Origin: Macrostomum hystrix
Lineage: Eukaryota > Animalia > Platyhelminthes
NCBI GenBank assembly: GCA_950097015.1
Contig: CATNEN010000038.1
Location: 21,328,001-21,392,000, forward strand
Reading direction: 5' to 3'
Length of the DNA stretch: 64,000 nucleotides
In this document: one piece after another, positions 33,301-45,600 of the stretch
Layout: every line of letters begins with the position of its first letter
Numbering within the stretch: position 1 is the stretch's first letter
The notes under the pieces: generated by a model
The model's input: only the letters and a program-made list of their open reading frames with translations
Told to the model about the DNA's origin: nothing
The model's database searches: none
Translations under genes and position numbers: made by a program

Positions 33301-36122
33301 TTAGGTGAGGATAGGTTTAGGTGAGTACGTTTAGGTGAGGATGAGTTTAGGTGAGGATAGGTTTAGGTGAGGTACGTTTAGGTGAGGATGAGTTTAGGTG
33401 AGGCTGAGTTTAGGTGAGGATAGGTTTAGGTGAGGTACGTTTAGTTGAGGATGAGTTTAGGTGAGGATAGGTTTAGGTGAGGCTGAGTTTAGGTGAGGAT
33501 GAGTTTAGGTGAGGCTGAGTTTAATTGAGGTTGAGTTTAGGTGAGGTAAGTTTAGGTAAAACTACAAAAGTCTAAAACACTATAGGAGCAAGGTGACTGC
33601 AGATTTTACCTGAGGCCGGAGTGGTCGCCAAGCGCAGCAGAAACTGTGATATTCGAACCCCAGACGGACATGAGATCTGGCCGGGAACGGCTGGAAGCTC
33701 TCGAAGCAATACAGCTGGAGAAGTTCGGTGGCGGCGGAGGTGGGGTTGGCTGTCACCAGCAGCTGCTGCTTCAAGCCTGGCCACCATCACACAGGAGGCT
33801 GACTGTCAAAGACAAGGACTTCACCTGGGAGGCCTACCTGTTGATGGCACCCAGGAGGAATTCGTTGGAGTTCGGCTGCGCTGCGTTCTTTCATCCGGGT
33901 TTGTGAACGGCCGACACTACTAAGTATCAATCAGTAGTATTTGGAGGCCTTTTCTAATCGTATAAAAATAGTTTATTATGGGCTTATGGCCAGAGTACCA
34001 GAAAATTACAGTGGGCTGGTTTGAATTTGATTCGATATATTCAACCTGGACGATATTAGACACGGAATAGATGACTTTGGGGAGATTTGAGTCAAGGGAG
34101 ATTATATTAGGGGAGAAATGAGACAGGGGAGAGATGAGATTGGGGATGAGATGGGACAGGGGAGAGATGAAATCGGGGAGAGATGGGACAGGGGAGAGAT
34201 GACATAGGGTAGAGATGGGACAGGGGAGAGATGAGATAGGGGAGAGATGGGACAGGGGAGAGATGAGATAGGGGAGAGATGGTACAGGGTAGAGATAAGA
34301 CAGGGGAGAGATGAGATAGGGGAGAGATGGGACAGGGGAGAGATGAGATAGGGGAGAGATGAAATAGGGGAGAGATGGGACAGGGGAGAGATGGGACAGG
34401 GGAGAGATGAGATAGGGGAGAGATGGGACAGGGGAGAGATGAGATAGGGGAGAGATGAAATAGGGGAGAGATGGGACAGGGGAGAGATGAAATCGGGGAG
34501 AGATGGGACAGGGGAGAGATGGGACAGGGGAGAGATGAAATCGGGGAGAGATGGGACAGGGGAGAGATAAGATAGGGGAGAGATGAGATAGGGGAGAGAT
34601 GGGACAGGGGAGAGATGGGACAGGGTAGAGATGGGACAGGGGAGAGATGGGACAGGGGAGAGATGGGACAGGGGAGAGATGAGATAGGGGAGAGATGGGA
34701 CAGGGGAGAGATGAGATAGGGGAGAGATGAAATAGGGGAGAGATGGGACAGGGGAGAGATGAAATCGGGGAGAGATGGGACAGGGGAGAGATGGGACAGG
34801 GGAGAGATGAAATCGGGGAGAGATGGGACAGGGGAGAGATGAGATAGGGGAGAGATGGGACAGGGGAGAGATGAGATAGGGGAGAGATGAAATAGGGGAG
34901 AGATGGGACAGGAGAGAGATGAAATCGGGGAGAGATGGGACAGGGGAGAGATGGGACAGGGGAGAGATGAGATAGGGGAGAGATGGGACAGGGGAGAGAT
35001 GAGATAGGGGAGAGATGAAATCGGGGAGAGATGGGACAGGGGAGAGATGGGACAGGGGAGAGATGAAATCGGGGAGAGATGGGACAGGGGAGAGATAAGA
35101 TAGGGGAGAGATGAGATAGGGGAGAGATGGGACAGAGGAGAGATGGGACAGGGTAGAGATGGGACAGGGGAGAGATGGGACAGGGGAGAGATGGTACAGG
35201 GTAGAGATGGGACAGGGGAGAGGTGAGATAGGGGAGAGATGGGACAGGGGAGCGATAAGACAGGGGAGAGATGAGGTAGGGGAGAGATGGGACTGGGGAG
35301 ATATGAGATAGGGGTTGAGTGAGACACGGGAGATATTGTTTTTATGGAAACATCCCCTGTTTCCTTAGAGCCAGGGGAGAGACAATGCAGGTGACAGATG
35401 AGGCAGGTGACAGATGAGGCAGGTGACAGATGAGGCAGGTGACAGATGAGGCAGGTGACAGATGAGGCAGGTGACAGATGAGGCAGGTGACAGATGAGGC
35501 AGGTGACAGATGAGGCAGGTGACAGATGAGGCAGGTGACTATAAATTCTTGCGCACCCACCGCAGGTCTGGTCCGCCTGAAGGAAGCGGCCGGTGGCACC
35601 ACCTGCTGGCTGCCGGGGCAGCTGGTCGATTTTCTGTCCGCTACGGAGCCGGACAAAGCCGCCTGGTTTACGGCCGAAGTTTATCCGCAATTCGAGGCGG
35701 TGGCGTCTTATCTGGCGTTGATACTCAGTCGGCAACTGCTTGACAACAGTCACGCCCAGTTCCGCATAATGCGCCTGTCATTCATTGTTCTGCAGGCGGC
35801 CGGGACTAAATTTGACTTTGGCCAATCCGCGAGGAATAATCAATGGAATGGAATGCTCGTACGACTAGTCGACATGGGCAACTGCGGCGTCAACCGTTTG
35901 GACAAGGACAGCTACTCACGCTGCGAGTGGATGACTTTGACTACAGTCAGTCAGGAGGCGTCGTTGATCCTGGCCGAACTGCTGACTAGAACCGGCTTCG
36001 CCGACGCCGAAAATTTCCCGGCGAGGCGTCTACTCTCGCCCTATAGTATGAGGCTGGTGTTTGACAGCGTTGATCCGGCTGTTCAGAGGGCTTTTTTTGC
36101 CTCCGCCGATTCCCAATGCTAA
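30318..36122 (+). CDS. Divergent tubulin-tyrosine-ligase-family (TTLL10-like) protein; exons 30318-30669, 31175-31617, 33586-33898, 35566-36122
   Basis: Phases 1/0/1 join into one ORF. KDFTWEAYLLMA...FFHPGLVRL, TTCWLPGQLVDFLS, WFTAEVYPQF, QFRIMRLSFIV, VRLVDMGN are colinear with TTLL10 motifs as I recall them (RKFDVRSYLLIA, FFGHGYARL, TVWSMEHLNRYIS, FDLIGCDFLI, WLLEMN). Confidence 0.6.
30683..31196. repeat. 42-bp tandem repeat spanning a 3' splice site
   Basis: About 12 units of TTCCAGATCCTCAGATCATGAGCACAGTTTGAGCAGACATCC; bounded by ATGCTGTTTGA at 30683 and 31186. Confidence 0.95.
31618..33558. repeat. 15/16-bp minisatellite (GTGAGGATGAGTTTAG / GTGAGGTAAGTTTAG) starting exactly at a 5' splice site
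   Basis: About 120 units, filling almost the whole intron. Confidence 0.95.
34108..35325. repeat. 16-bp purine-rich minisatellite (GGGGAGAGATGGGACA / GGGGAGAGATGAGATA)
   Basis: Tandem periodicity; G-run rich. Confidence 0.95.
35388..35538. repeat. 16-bp minisatellite (GTGACAGATGAGGCAG)
   Basis: About 9 perfect units just upstream of the acceptor at 35565. Confidence 0.95.
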
Positions 36123-36199
36123 CCTGGGATCTAGGAAAGGATGTTGCGAGATTGGGAACAATCGGGAAGGATATTGGAAGATTAGGAAGAAATTGACCC

Positions 36200-36412
36200 A
36201 GACGTTGGGAAGAATCGCCAGAGATTTGGGAAGAATCGCCAGAGATTTGGGAAGAATCGCCCGAAATTCTGGAAGAATCCTGAGACATTAGCGAAGAATC
36301 CCCCGAGATATTTGGGAAGAATCACCAGAGATTTGGGAAGAATCCCGAGATATTTAAGAAGATTTCTGAGGCATCTGGGAAGAATCCTGAGACATTGGGA
36401 AGAATCTCGCGA
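36200..36412. repeat. Degenerate 21-bp repeat (TTGGGAAGAATCGCCAGAGAT) in 3' UTR region
   Basis: Tandem periodicity; similar to the start of the 38390 array. Confidence 0.8.
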
Positions 36413-36582
36413 AGATAAGTCGATATAATATGTTGTACTTTTGCAAACAATATTGTTTTAACTATTTTTGCTGCTTCCTCGTTTTTGAAAATCATACTTT
36501 AGAAGTACGGACGTGGGAATGATATTGTTTTATATTATACCAATATTGGTAGAGTTTCACAACAGAACACACCTGTCTAAAC

Positions 36583-37260
36583 CACAGATACTATATTAAC
36601 TAGATATGTCACTCAGCAATATTCCATTAAGCTACTTTCAAGTCAGTAGAAATATGGACTCTATGCATTCGAACAGCGACACCATCATCCGTTAGAGATT
36701 CGGCAGTGTAAGTGCACGTTGCCGCACAGCAGCGCTTGGAACTGAAGTTCATGCTAAAGCTGTTGCTAACATGTCGCTGTTTTGGTGTATGAATTTAACT
36801 TCACTTTAAGATGATGTTCTGTCGATAACCCCCACCCCCTACGCTGGCTGTGTGCGATCTTATTTTCCATCCCTCTTAACTTCCTATTGGTCCATTTGGT
36901 CTGCCCCTCTCACTCCCTTTCCTTCCTTCCTTCCTCTCCTCACTATCGATCGCGCCGCGCCTTTCCACGCAAACTCTACCCCCGTCACTCCTCTACCCCA
37001 CTTGATTGCTCTGTGAGGCTTACTGACTGTGAGCCCTGTGGGAACAAACCAATGTACATTTTCTTGAACTGATAACAGAGTCGTATGGGTCATGTGACTC
37101 TCTCTCGTTCTCGTTGTTTCAATCTTTAAACCACTTGATTTGTTCATCCTTACAAAAAATACAAGCCATATTCTTTACTTGCTACCGAACAGAAAGTAGC
37201 TAAAATATTTAACAACATAAGTAAATGGAAGTGAACTATCTAGTTAATATAGTATCTGTG
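36583..37260 (-). mobile_element. Non-autonomous P-superfamily-like DNA transposon (678 bp)
   Basis: Perfect 24-bp TIR CACAGATACTATATTAACTAGATA; 8-bp TSD GTCTAAAC (36575-36582 and 37261-37268); minus-strand 41-aa ORF 36627-36752 MNFSSKRCCAATC...VRMHRV resembles a THAP N-terminus. Confidence 0.9.
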
Positions 37261-38389
37261 GTCTAAACTAACAAAAGTTCTTTATAGTGCAAGGAATTTT
37301 ACATAATTTCACCTCATTATCATTCTAATATAACACTTATCTGGGTTAATCCAAAATCATGTTAATCGAGAGTTAATCCGGGGCTAAGTTAATCCTGATT
37401 AATTGTCAGTTAAGTGAACAAAGATGAGAGAAGCTTCTATACTCGAGATAAGTAAAAATGTTGAGCAGATGAAACTCACAATCACTAAATCCAAAACAAA
37501 AACTGAGGAAAAAATAGCAGTTTTAGGACTATTTATATATTTTTATTATCGTTAACACATTTGATTTTGACACACAGCTGACTAATATTATATATCAACA
37601 GGTGAGCAGACAGACGAAACAAAAACAGAAATCACTAATTTACAAAAAAATTAAATACAAATTTCTCATTAAATATTGTCTCAAAGTCAAGTCATAAAAA
37701 ATAGGAATTTTTTGTGAAGACACGGGACCCAAAATCAGACAATAAAAAATATTTAAAATAGCTTGGCACGAAATATTATTGTTGCTATGCAAAGTTACGA
37801 CATTTAAAAATCTGAATCTGACTCATTGGCAGCTGTTTTGTGCTGAAGTTGCACTTGAAAATAATTTTCCCAAATTCACAATTTTGTTACAAAATTATAT
37901 TAAATGATTCTAATCATGAAAAGGTAAAAAAACATAAGAAAATATTTTACAACTTCCATTACCAGATTCCAACAAAAACGGCGACACCCAAGCAATATAC
38001 ACTACTAATTAAGTAGCTAAGTAGCTAATAACATTAAGCATGTACAAGTTTCAAGGCTGAATATAAGAAAATAGTTGAGACGGAAAATATTTCTTAGGTA
38101 TTCTTTTTTTTTAGCTAATTTACGTGTTTTATAGGCCGACAGAAACGCAGTCACCGCTAGTAACTACTAAATAAGTAGTATTTCTCGAATATACATAATC
38201 TGTACACAAAAAACTAGAAAGCGCGAATTTGTAGAAACGAAAAAGCATTAATTAAATCCGCTGAAAGGTAAAGTCAGTAATCAAGTCGCTACTCTAACTG
38301 GTTCATAAGAACTAGGTCCAGATACTCCTTCTGGTGATGTAACTAAATTAACAGATAGATAGGTCCTTAATAGTAGGAATATTTGGAAT

Positions 38390-39590
38390 AATCCTGGAAG
38401 ATTGGAAGAATCCTGGGAGATTTACAAGAATCTTGGGATAGTTGGAAGAATCTTGGGAGATTGGAAGAATCCTGGGAGATTTATAGAATCTTGGGAGATT
38501 TATAGAATCCTGGGAGATTTATAGAATCCTGGGAGATTTATAGATTCCTGGGAGATTTATAGAATCCTGGGAGATTTATAGAATCCTGGGACACTTATAG
38601 AATCTTAGGAGATTTATAGAATCCTGGGAGATTTATAGAATCCTGGGAGATTTATAGAATCCTGGGAGATTTATAGAATCTTGGGAGATTTATAGAATCT
38701 TGGGAGATTTATAGAATCTTGGGAGATTTATAGAAGCTTGGGAGATTTATAGAATCCTGGGAGATTTATAGAATCCTGGGAGATTTATAGAATCTTGGGA
38801 GATTTATAGATGCTTGGGAGATTTATAGAATCTTGGGAGATTTATAGATGCTTGGGAGATTTATAGAATCTTAGGAGATTTATAGAATCTTAGGAGATTT
38901 ATAGAATCTTAGGAGATTTATAGAATCCTGGAAGATTTATAGAATCCTGTGAGATTTATAGAATCTTGGGAGATTTATAGAATCTTAGGAGATTTATAGA
39001 ATCTTAGGAGATTTATAGAATCTTAGGAGATTTATAGAATCCTGGGAGATTTATAGATTCCTGGGAGATTTATAGAATCCTGGGAGATTTATAGAATCCT
39101 GGGACACTTATAGAATCTTAGGAGATTTATAGAATCCTGGGAGATTTATAGAATCCTGGGAGATTTATAGAATCCTGGGAGATTTATAGAATCTTGGGAG
39201 ATTTATAGAATCTTGGGAGATTTATAGAATCTTGGGAGATTTATAGAAGCTTGGGAGATTTATAGAATCCTGGGAGATTTATAGAATCCTGGGAGATTTA
39301 TAGAATCTTGGGAGATTTATAGATGCTTGGGAGATTTATAGAATCTTGGGAGATTTATAGATGCTTGGGAGATTTATAGAATCTTAGGAGATTTATAGAA
39401 TCTTAGGAGATTTATAGAATCTTAGGAGATTTATAGAATCTTAGGAGATTTATAGAATCCTGGAAGATTTATAGAATCTTAGGAGATTTATAGAATCTTG
39501 GGAGATTTATAGAATCCTGGGAGATTTATAGAATCTTGGGAGATTTATAGAATCTTGGGAGATTTATAGATGCTTAGGAGATTTAGAGAG
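38390..39590. repeat. 19-bp minisatellite (GGGAGATTTATAGAATCCT) immediately 3' of the PERK stop codon
   Basis: Tandem periodicity with a 513-bp higher-order duplication. Confidence 0.95.
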
Positions 39591-39600
39591 TTACAGAATA

Positions 39601-39617
39601 TTACAGTCGATTAGCTA

Positions 39618-39652
<35 letters not shown>

Positions 39653-42600
39653 CCAACCGCAATCAGGGATCGCATAGAAGACTGCGAGCTGCTAGTCCTA
39701 GACCGGCCACCGAACCGAGCATTGACACCAGGAAGGTTTGCGCCCAACTCGTCAACACCAACGACGCCGCCAACTTCAAGATCGTCGGCAACAATTGACG
39801 GCACCGCGGCAAGCAGTGGATCGCGCAGAATTTCATCGGCAGACGGCCTAGCAGCCGGATTCGGCGACAATAGGCGCAGAATGATGGCCGATTCCGCTGG
39901 CCAGTCGTCCACAAACCTGCCCGGCAACCGGCTCTCCTTGGCCCGCAGCATGCAGGTCACTCGCTCCATCTCAGTCGTGAACGGATGGCAGAGCTCGAAC
40001 AGGATCAATCCTAGGCTGAAGATGTCCACCTTTTCGCTGTAGGCAAGGCCAGCGCTCTGCTCCGGGCTCATGTAAAGCCTAGTACCGATCTCTGAGGTGT
40101 GCCAGGTGGCTGTGACAGCCGATTGGGTCTTGGCGGCCGCGTCCGGGTTGGCGGCCGCCGTTTCGGCCGAAGCTAGCGCCTCCTCGTCCATTAGGGCGGT
40201 TGCTAGGCCGAAATCGCCTAGAAGGACGGGGGTAGATTGTTTAGTGGTTAGACTAATGTTTCAGGGGTTCATACTGAAAGGTTGAATAATTCAGGAACTG
40301 AAGGTTCAGGGGTTCATACTGAAGGATTGAATAGTTAAAGCCCACAAGGTACAAGGGCTTCTATTGAAGGCTTGAAAAATCCTCAGGCCTGGAATGTTCA
40401 GGGGTTCGTGCTAAAATATTAAAGAGTTCAGACACTGAAGGTTCAGGGATAATTACTGAAGGATTAAAAATCCTCACGCCTGATGGTTTAGTGGTTCATA
40501 CTGAAGGATTGAAATGCACTTGCCCTGAATGTCTAGGGGTTCATACTGAAGGATTGAAATACACTTGCCCTGAATGTCTAGGGGTTCATACTGAAGGATT
40601 GAAATACACTTGCCCTGAATGTCTAGGGGTTCATACTGAAGGATTGAAAATCTTCAGGCACTGAAGTTTCAGGGGTTGATATCAAAGAATTGAAAATCCT
40701 CAGGCCCTTAAGTTTCAAGGGTTGATATCAAAGAATTGAAAATCCTCAGGCCCTTAAGTTTCAGGGGTTGATATCAAAGAATTGAAAATCCTCAGGTCCT
40801 TAAGTTTCAAGGGTTGATATCAAAGGATTGAAAATCCTCAGGCCCTGAAGTTTCAGGGGTTGATATCAAAGGATTGAAAATCCTCAGGCCCTTAAGTTTC
40901 AAGGGTTGATATCAAAGGATTGAAAATCCTCAGGCCCTGAAGTTTCAGGGGTTGATATCAAAGGATTGAAAAGCACAGGCTCTGAAGGTACAATGGGTTA
41001 ACTATAAAAGAACAATATTGCCTCACCAATCTTAACAGATCCGTCCAGAGCGAAGAAGATATTGGAACTCTTCAGATCACGATGAATCAGATTGCACTGG
41101 TGCACAAACGACACGGCCTGACAGATCTGGGTGAACACGTCGCGCACTCTGACTCGGTCTCGCTCGCCAGTATTAACTCGCAGCCAGTCTCTGAGGCTCT
41201 CCTTCTGGCACAGCTGCATCTGGATGTACAGGTAGAGCTTGTTGCACTCGTAGGCAGGCGTTGGTAGCGGCGATGCGGCTGCAGCAGCCGAAGAAGCTGC
41301 ACTATTAATCGTCCTTCTACGCCGACGCTTATTAACTTCCTTGTCGTTGTTGTCTATGGCCAAAACTGCCTGTTCGACTGTCGGATTGGTGCTAGAGGCC
41401 GACGATGATAAAGACTTGGCAGACGGCTCCGAGGAGGACGAAGACGACGAGGATAATCGATTATAAGCTGCGCCGGGGTTCGAATCTTCAAAGACAATTT
41501 CAACGGAATCGTCGTTAACAACCGGCGGTCTGGATTTGTCGTTGTTGTTCTGTGATGGCAGAGCCTTCTTCGACGACTTCGGAGGTTCGTTTAGAGGATT
41601 TTTGGAAGACAGTCTGTGTGTGGTGATGTTTGTTAGTTGTATATATTGACTGTCTCCAGATGTACAGTGGCACAGATAACATATATTAAATTAATTATTT
41701 CATTTTTAAACCCCGTCCCGATTGGGCCAGGCGTGCGGCCGATTACACAACCGCAGCTATTGCGCGGCGCATTTGTTGTCTGCGTACAGCTGTTCAGTCC
41801 ATGGACTGGGGTCGACAAACTGCTGCCCACGGGCCGGATGCGGCCCTCAGACACCCTAATCACTAGGCTACAACTAAGACTCGAACTCAAGACCTCTAGC
41901 GGTTAGAAGTCCGAATCTAAAACTACAGGCCTTTTTTACGACTGAGTGTAGAATTTGAGTAAAATGTATCAACAACAGATAAAATTTACTTAACTTAAAT
42001 AGTACATTCGTATGTTGGATTGCAATCGTTATAGGACGCAAAAAGTTATTATCATTAGCCTACAAGATAAGAAGTTAAAAAAATTAGAATCTAAAGTTCA
42101 AAAAACAGCTAGCCCATACACGAACACTTTTGTACTTTCTTTTTCTGCAGAAAATTTAGTAGACTGGAAAATTTAAAGTCAACCAGTATTTAAATAAAAT
42201 AAAGTAAAGAGTACATAGTAAGTGAAATAAGTGCGGTAGCAAAATAAGTAACAGTCGAAATAGCCAAGAAATACTCGTAATATTGCATGATTTTACTGCC
42301 TCAATGAGACTGAGAAAAACTAGAGGATAGACATGAGAACACCTGAAGGATAGTCATGAGAACACCTGGAGAATGGACATGAGAACACCTGGAGAATAGA
42401 CATGAGAACACCTGGAGAATAGACATGAGAACACCTGGAGAATAGACATGAGAACACCTGGAGAATAGACATGAGAACACCTGGAGAATAGACATGAGAA
42501 CACCTGGAGAATAGACATGAGAACACCTAGAGAATAGTCATGAGAACACCTAGAGAATAGACATGAGAACACCTGGAGAATAAACATGAGAACACCTGGA

Positions 42601-45600
42601 GAATAGACATGAGAACACCTGGAGAATAGACATGAGAACACCTGGAGAATAGAGATGAGAACACCTGGAGAATGGACATGAGAACACCTGGAGAATAGAG
42701 ATGAGAACACCTAGAAGATAGACATGAGAACACCTGGAGAATAGACATGAGAACACCTAGAGGATAGACATGAGAACACCTGGAGAATAGACATGAGAAC
42801 ACCTAGAGGATAGGCATGAGAACACCTAGAGGATAGACATGAGAACACCTGGAGAATAGACATGAGAACACCTGGAGGATAGACATGAGAACACCTAGAG
42901 GATAGACATGAGAACACCTGGAGAATAGACATGAGAACACCTGAAGGATAGACATGAGAACACCTGAAGTATAGTCATGAGAACACCTGGAGAATAGACA
43001 TGAGAACACCTGGAGAATAGACATGAGAACACCTGGAGAATAGACATGAGAACACCTGGAGAATAGACATGAGAACACCTGGAGAATAGACATGAGAACA
43101 CCTGGAGAATAGACATGAGAACACCTAGAGAATAGACATAAGAACACCTGGAGAATAGACATGAGAACACCTAGAGAATAGACATGAGAACACCTGGAGA
43201 ATAGAGATGAGTATACCTCTTATCCAACAGAGCTGACAGGCCAGTTGACAGCTCATCAGCTGTAGTGTCGCCCTCCTGCATCAGCCACCGATGTCGCATT
43301 CCAACGCCACCAAAGCCAGGAGTGGTGGCGGAAAATTCGCCGCTATCGAATTCGTCATCAAAATCGCCAGAATCAACAGAGAATTCGAATTTAGATCCAT
43401 TGTTGTCCGCCTTCTCTTTAATTCCAACTGTACTAGTCATCAATTCGTCGTCAGTAGCCGATAAATCTACGTCGCCATCGAACGGATTCAATGGCGACGG
43501 TCGTCGACCACAACAGGAGCTGATGCTGCCGCTGCCGCCGGTGCCGTGTCGCCGACGCTGCCGATGACGCTGCCGACTGTCCTCGGCGGCGGATGTTGGC
43601 GACGCTGTTGGATAGCCGCCCCCAGTAGGAGCTACCGAATCTGAGAACAACCGCTTACGCCTCTGCCTCCTGCCAGACGACCACGGTGCCTGCCTCGACG
43701 AGGCTGTGAAATCTCCCGACAGACCGAAGCTGGCGACGGTGTCGGCTGCGCCCGAGGACAGGGCGTCGTCGCCGATAGCGTGCGGATCGGCTTCGTCTTC
43801 AACATCGTCGCCGATAGCGGCTGTCGATTGGCGCCGATTTGAATTAAGCAAACTGGCGTCCATTCGCTCCTGCCAACCGCTGGGCGGGCACTCGAACCAG
43901 GCCTGGTAGTACCTGGTGTTTAGGGTTAGAGTTAGGGTTAGGGTTAGGGCGTGTCTTTATCAGCCTGTATGGGACTATTGTCAAAGACAAAAGGAACCTA
44001 AAGAGTTAAAGGAATCTGATGCGACTTTATAAAGCTTAAATGTAAAAACCTGATTGTAGAAATCTGAAGGGTACTGCAGGAACCTGAAGAGTATTGTAGA
44101 AACCTGAAGTGTACTGTAGGAACCTGAAGAGTATCGTAGGAACCTGAAGGGTACTGTTGAAACCCAAAGGGTTCTGTACGAACCTGAAGAGTTTTGTATG
44201 AACCTGAAGGGTTCTGTGTGAACCTGAAGGGTTCTGTATGAACCTGAAGAGTTTTGTATGAACCTGAAGAGTTTTGTATGAACCTGAAGGGTTCTGTATG
44301 AACCTGAAGGGTTCTGTATGAACCTGAAGAGTTTTGTATGAACCTGAAGAGTTTTGTATGAACCTGAAGGGTTCTGTATGAACCTGAAGGGTTCTGCATG
44401 AACCTGAAGAGTTTTGTATGAACCTGAAGGGTTCTGTACTGAATGAACCTGAAGAGTTTTGTATGAACCTAAAGAGTTTTGTATGAACCTGAAGGGTTCT
44501 GTATGAACCTGAAGAGTTTTGTATGAACCTGAAGAGTTTTGTATGAACCTGAAGAGTTTTGTATGAACCTGAAGAGTTTTGTATGAACCTGAAGAGTTCT
44601 GTATGAACCTGAAGGGTTCTGTATGAACCTGAAGGGTTCTGTATGAACCTGAAGGGTTCTGTATGAACCTGAAGATTTATAGGAACCAACATGGAAAAAG
44701 TCGGAGCCTCACCTGACAATGCCCTGATGATCTAATTTAGCCAGTGCTTTAACCTCGCGCAGAATCCTAGCCCTGGCCTGATCGCTATTCCTGACGGCCA
44801 CGCGTTTTATAGCGTAGGAGCAGTCGTCGATGCGGTGTCTGGCTTCGAAGACTAAGCCGAAGCCGCCGCGACCCAGACAACGTAGGTGAGTGAACTCGGT
44901 GTGATAGCGGGACACAAAATGACCGCCAAGACCAGGCAGATAGCTGGGCAGGCCGAGCATCGAGTGCTGCTGCTGCTGCTGCGAAGTAGAACTAGTGATG
45001 GACACAGCAGAGCCAGTTGGTAGCAGTTTCAGTTGCTGCTGCTCTGGGGTGGTGTCGCGCTGTTGCGCGCCAACAAGAGTGTTGCTACTAGAGGCATTGG
45101 AATCCACAGAGCAGACCCGGTTTAACTGCTCGTAGCGAGCTCTGTGCAGCACTTTTGTAACAAATAAGTGCACTAGCACCGACAGGAATAGCGACAGAAT
45201 GATAATCTGCGGCATGTAGTGCCACAGAGATCCTGTGTAGTTGTTGATCACCTTTGTTTGAGGAAAAAAGTGGAGAATTTTTTTTTAAATCTTAAAATTT
45301 TTATTCCACTCTTGCCGCTGTTCTCATTCACCCGTCTATTGTACTCTCTACGTTTTCTTCTACCCTCGCCGCTACTTTTTAAATCTCGCAGTTAGTTTTT
45401 CCACTCTCGCCGTTGGAAACGACACTCTCGCCCTTATTTCTCTCACTCTCGCCCTTACTTCTCCCTCTCTCGCCCTTACTTCTCTCACTCTCGCCCTTAC
45501 TTTTCCCTCTCTCGCCCTCGCCCTTATTCTTTCTCTCTCGCCCTTACTTCTCTCACTCTCGCCCTTACTTCTCCCACTCTCGCCCTTAGTTCTCCCACCC

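Noticed and set aside
34107-35753. 548-aa Pro/Ser/Leu-rich minus-strand ORF
   Set aside because: Translation of 16-bp intronic repeats antisense to the TTL-like gene.
43919-43949. Chromosome end or fusion scar
   Set aside because: Only five units, in one orientation, inside an intact gene.
42301-44719. Multiple repetitive ORFs in PERK introns
   Set aside because: Minisatellite translations; the flanking exons join in frame without them.
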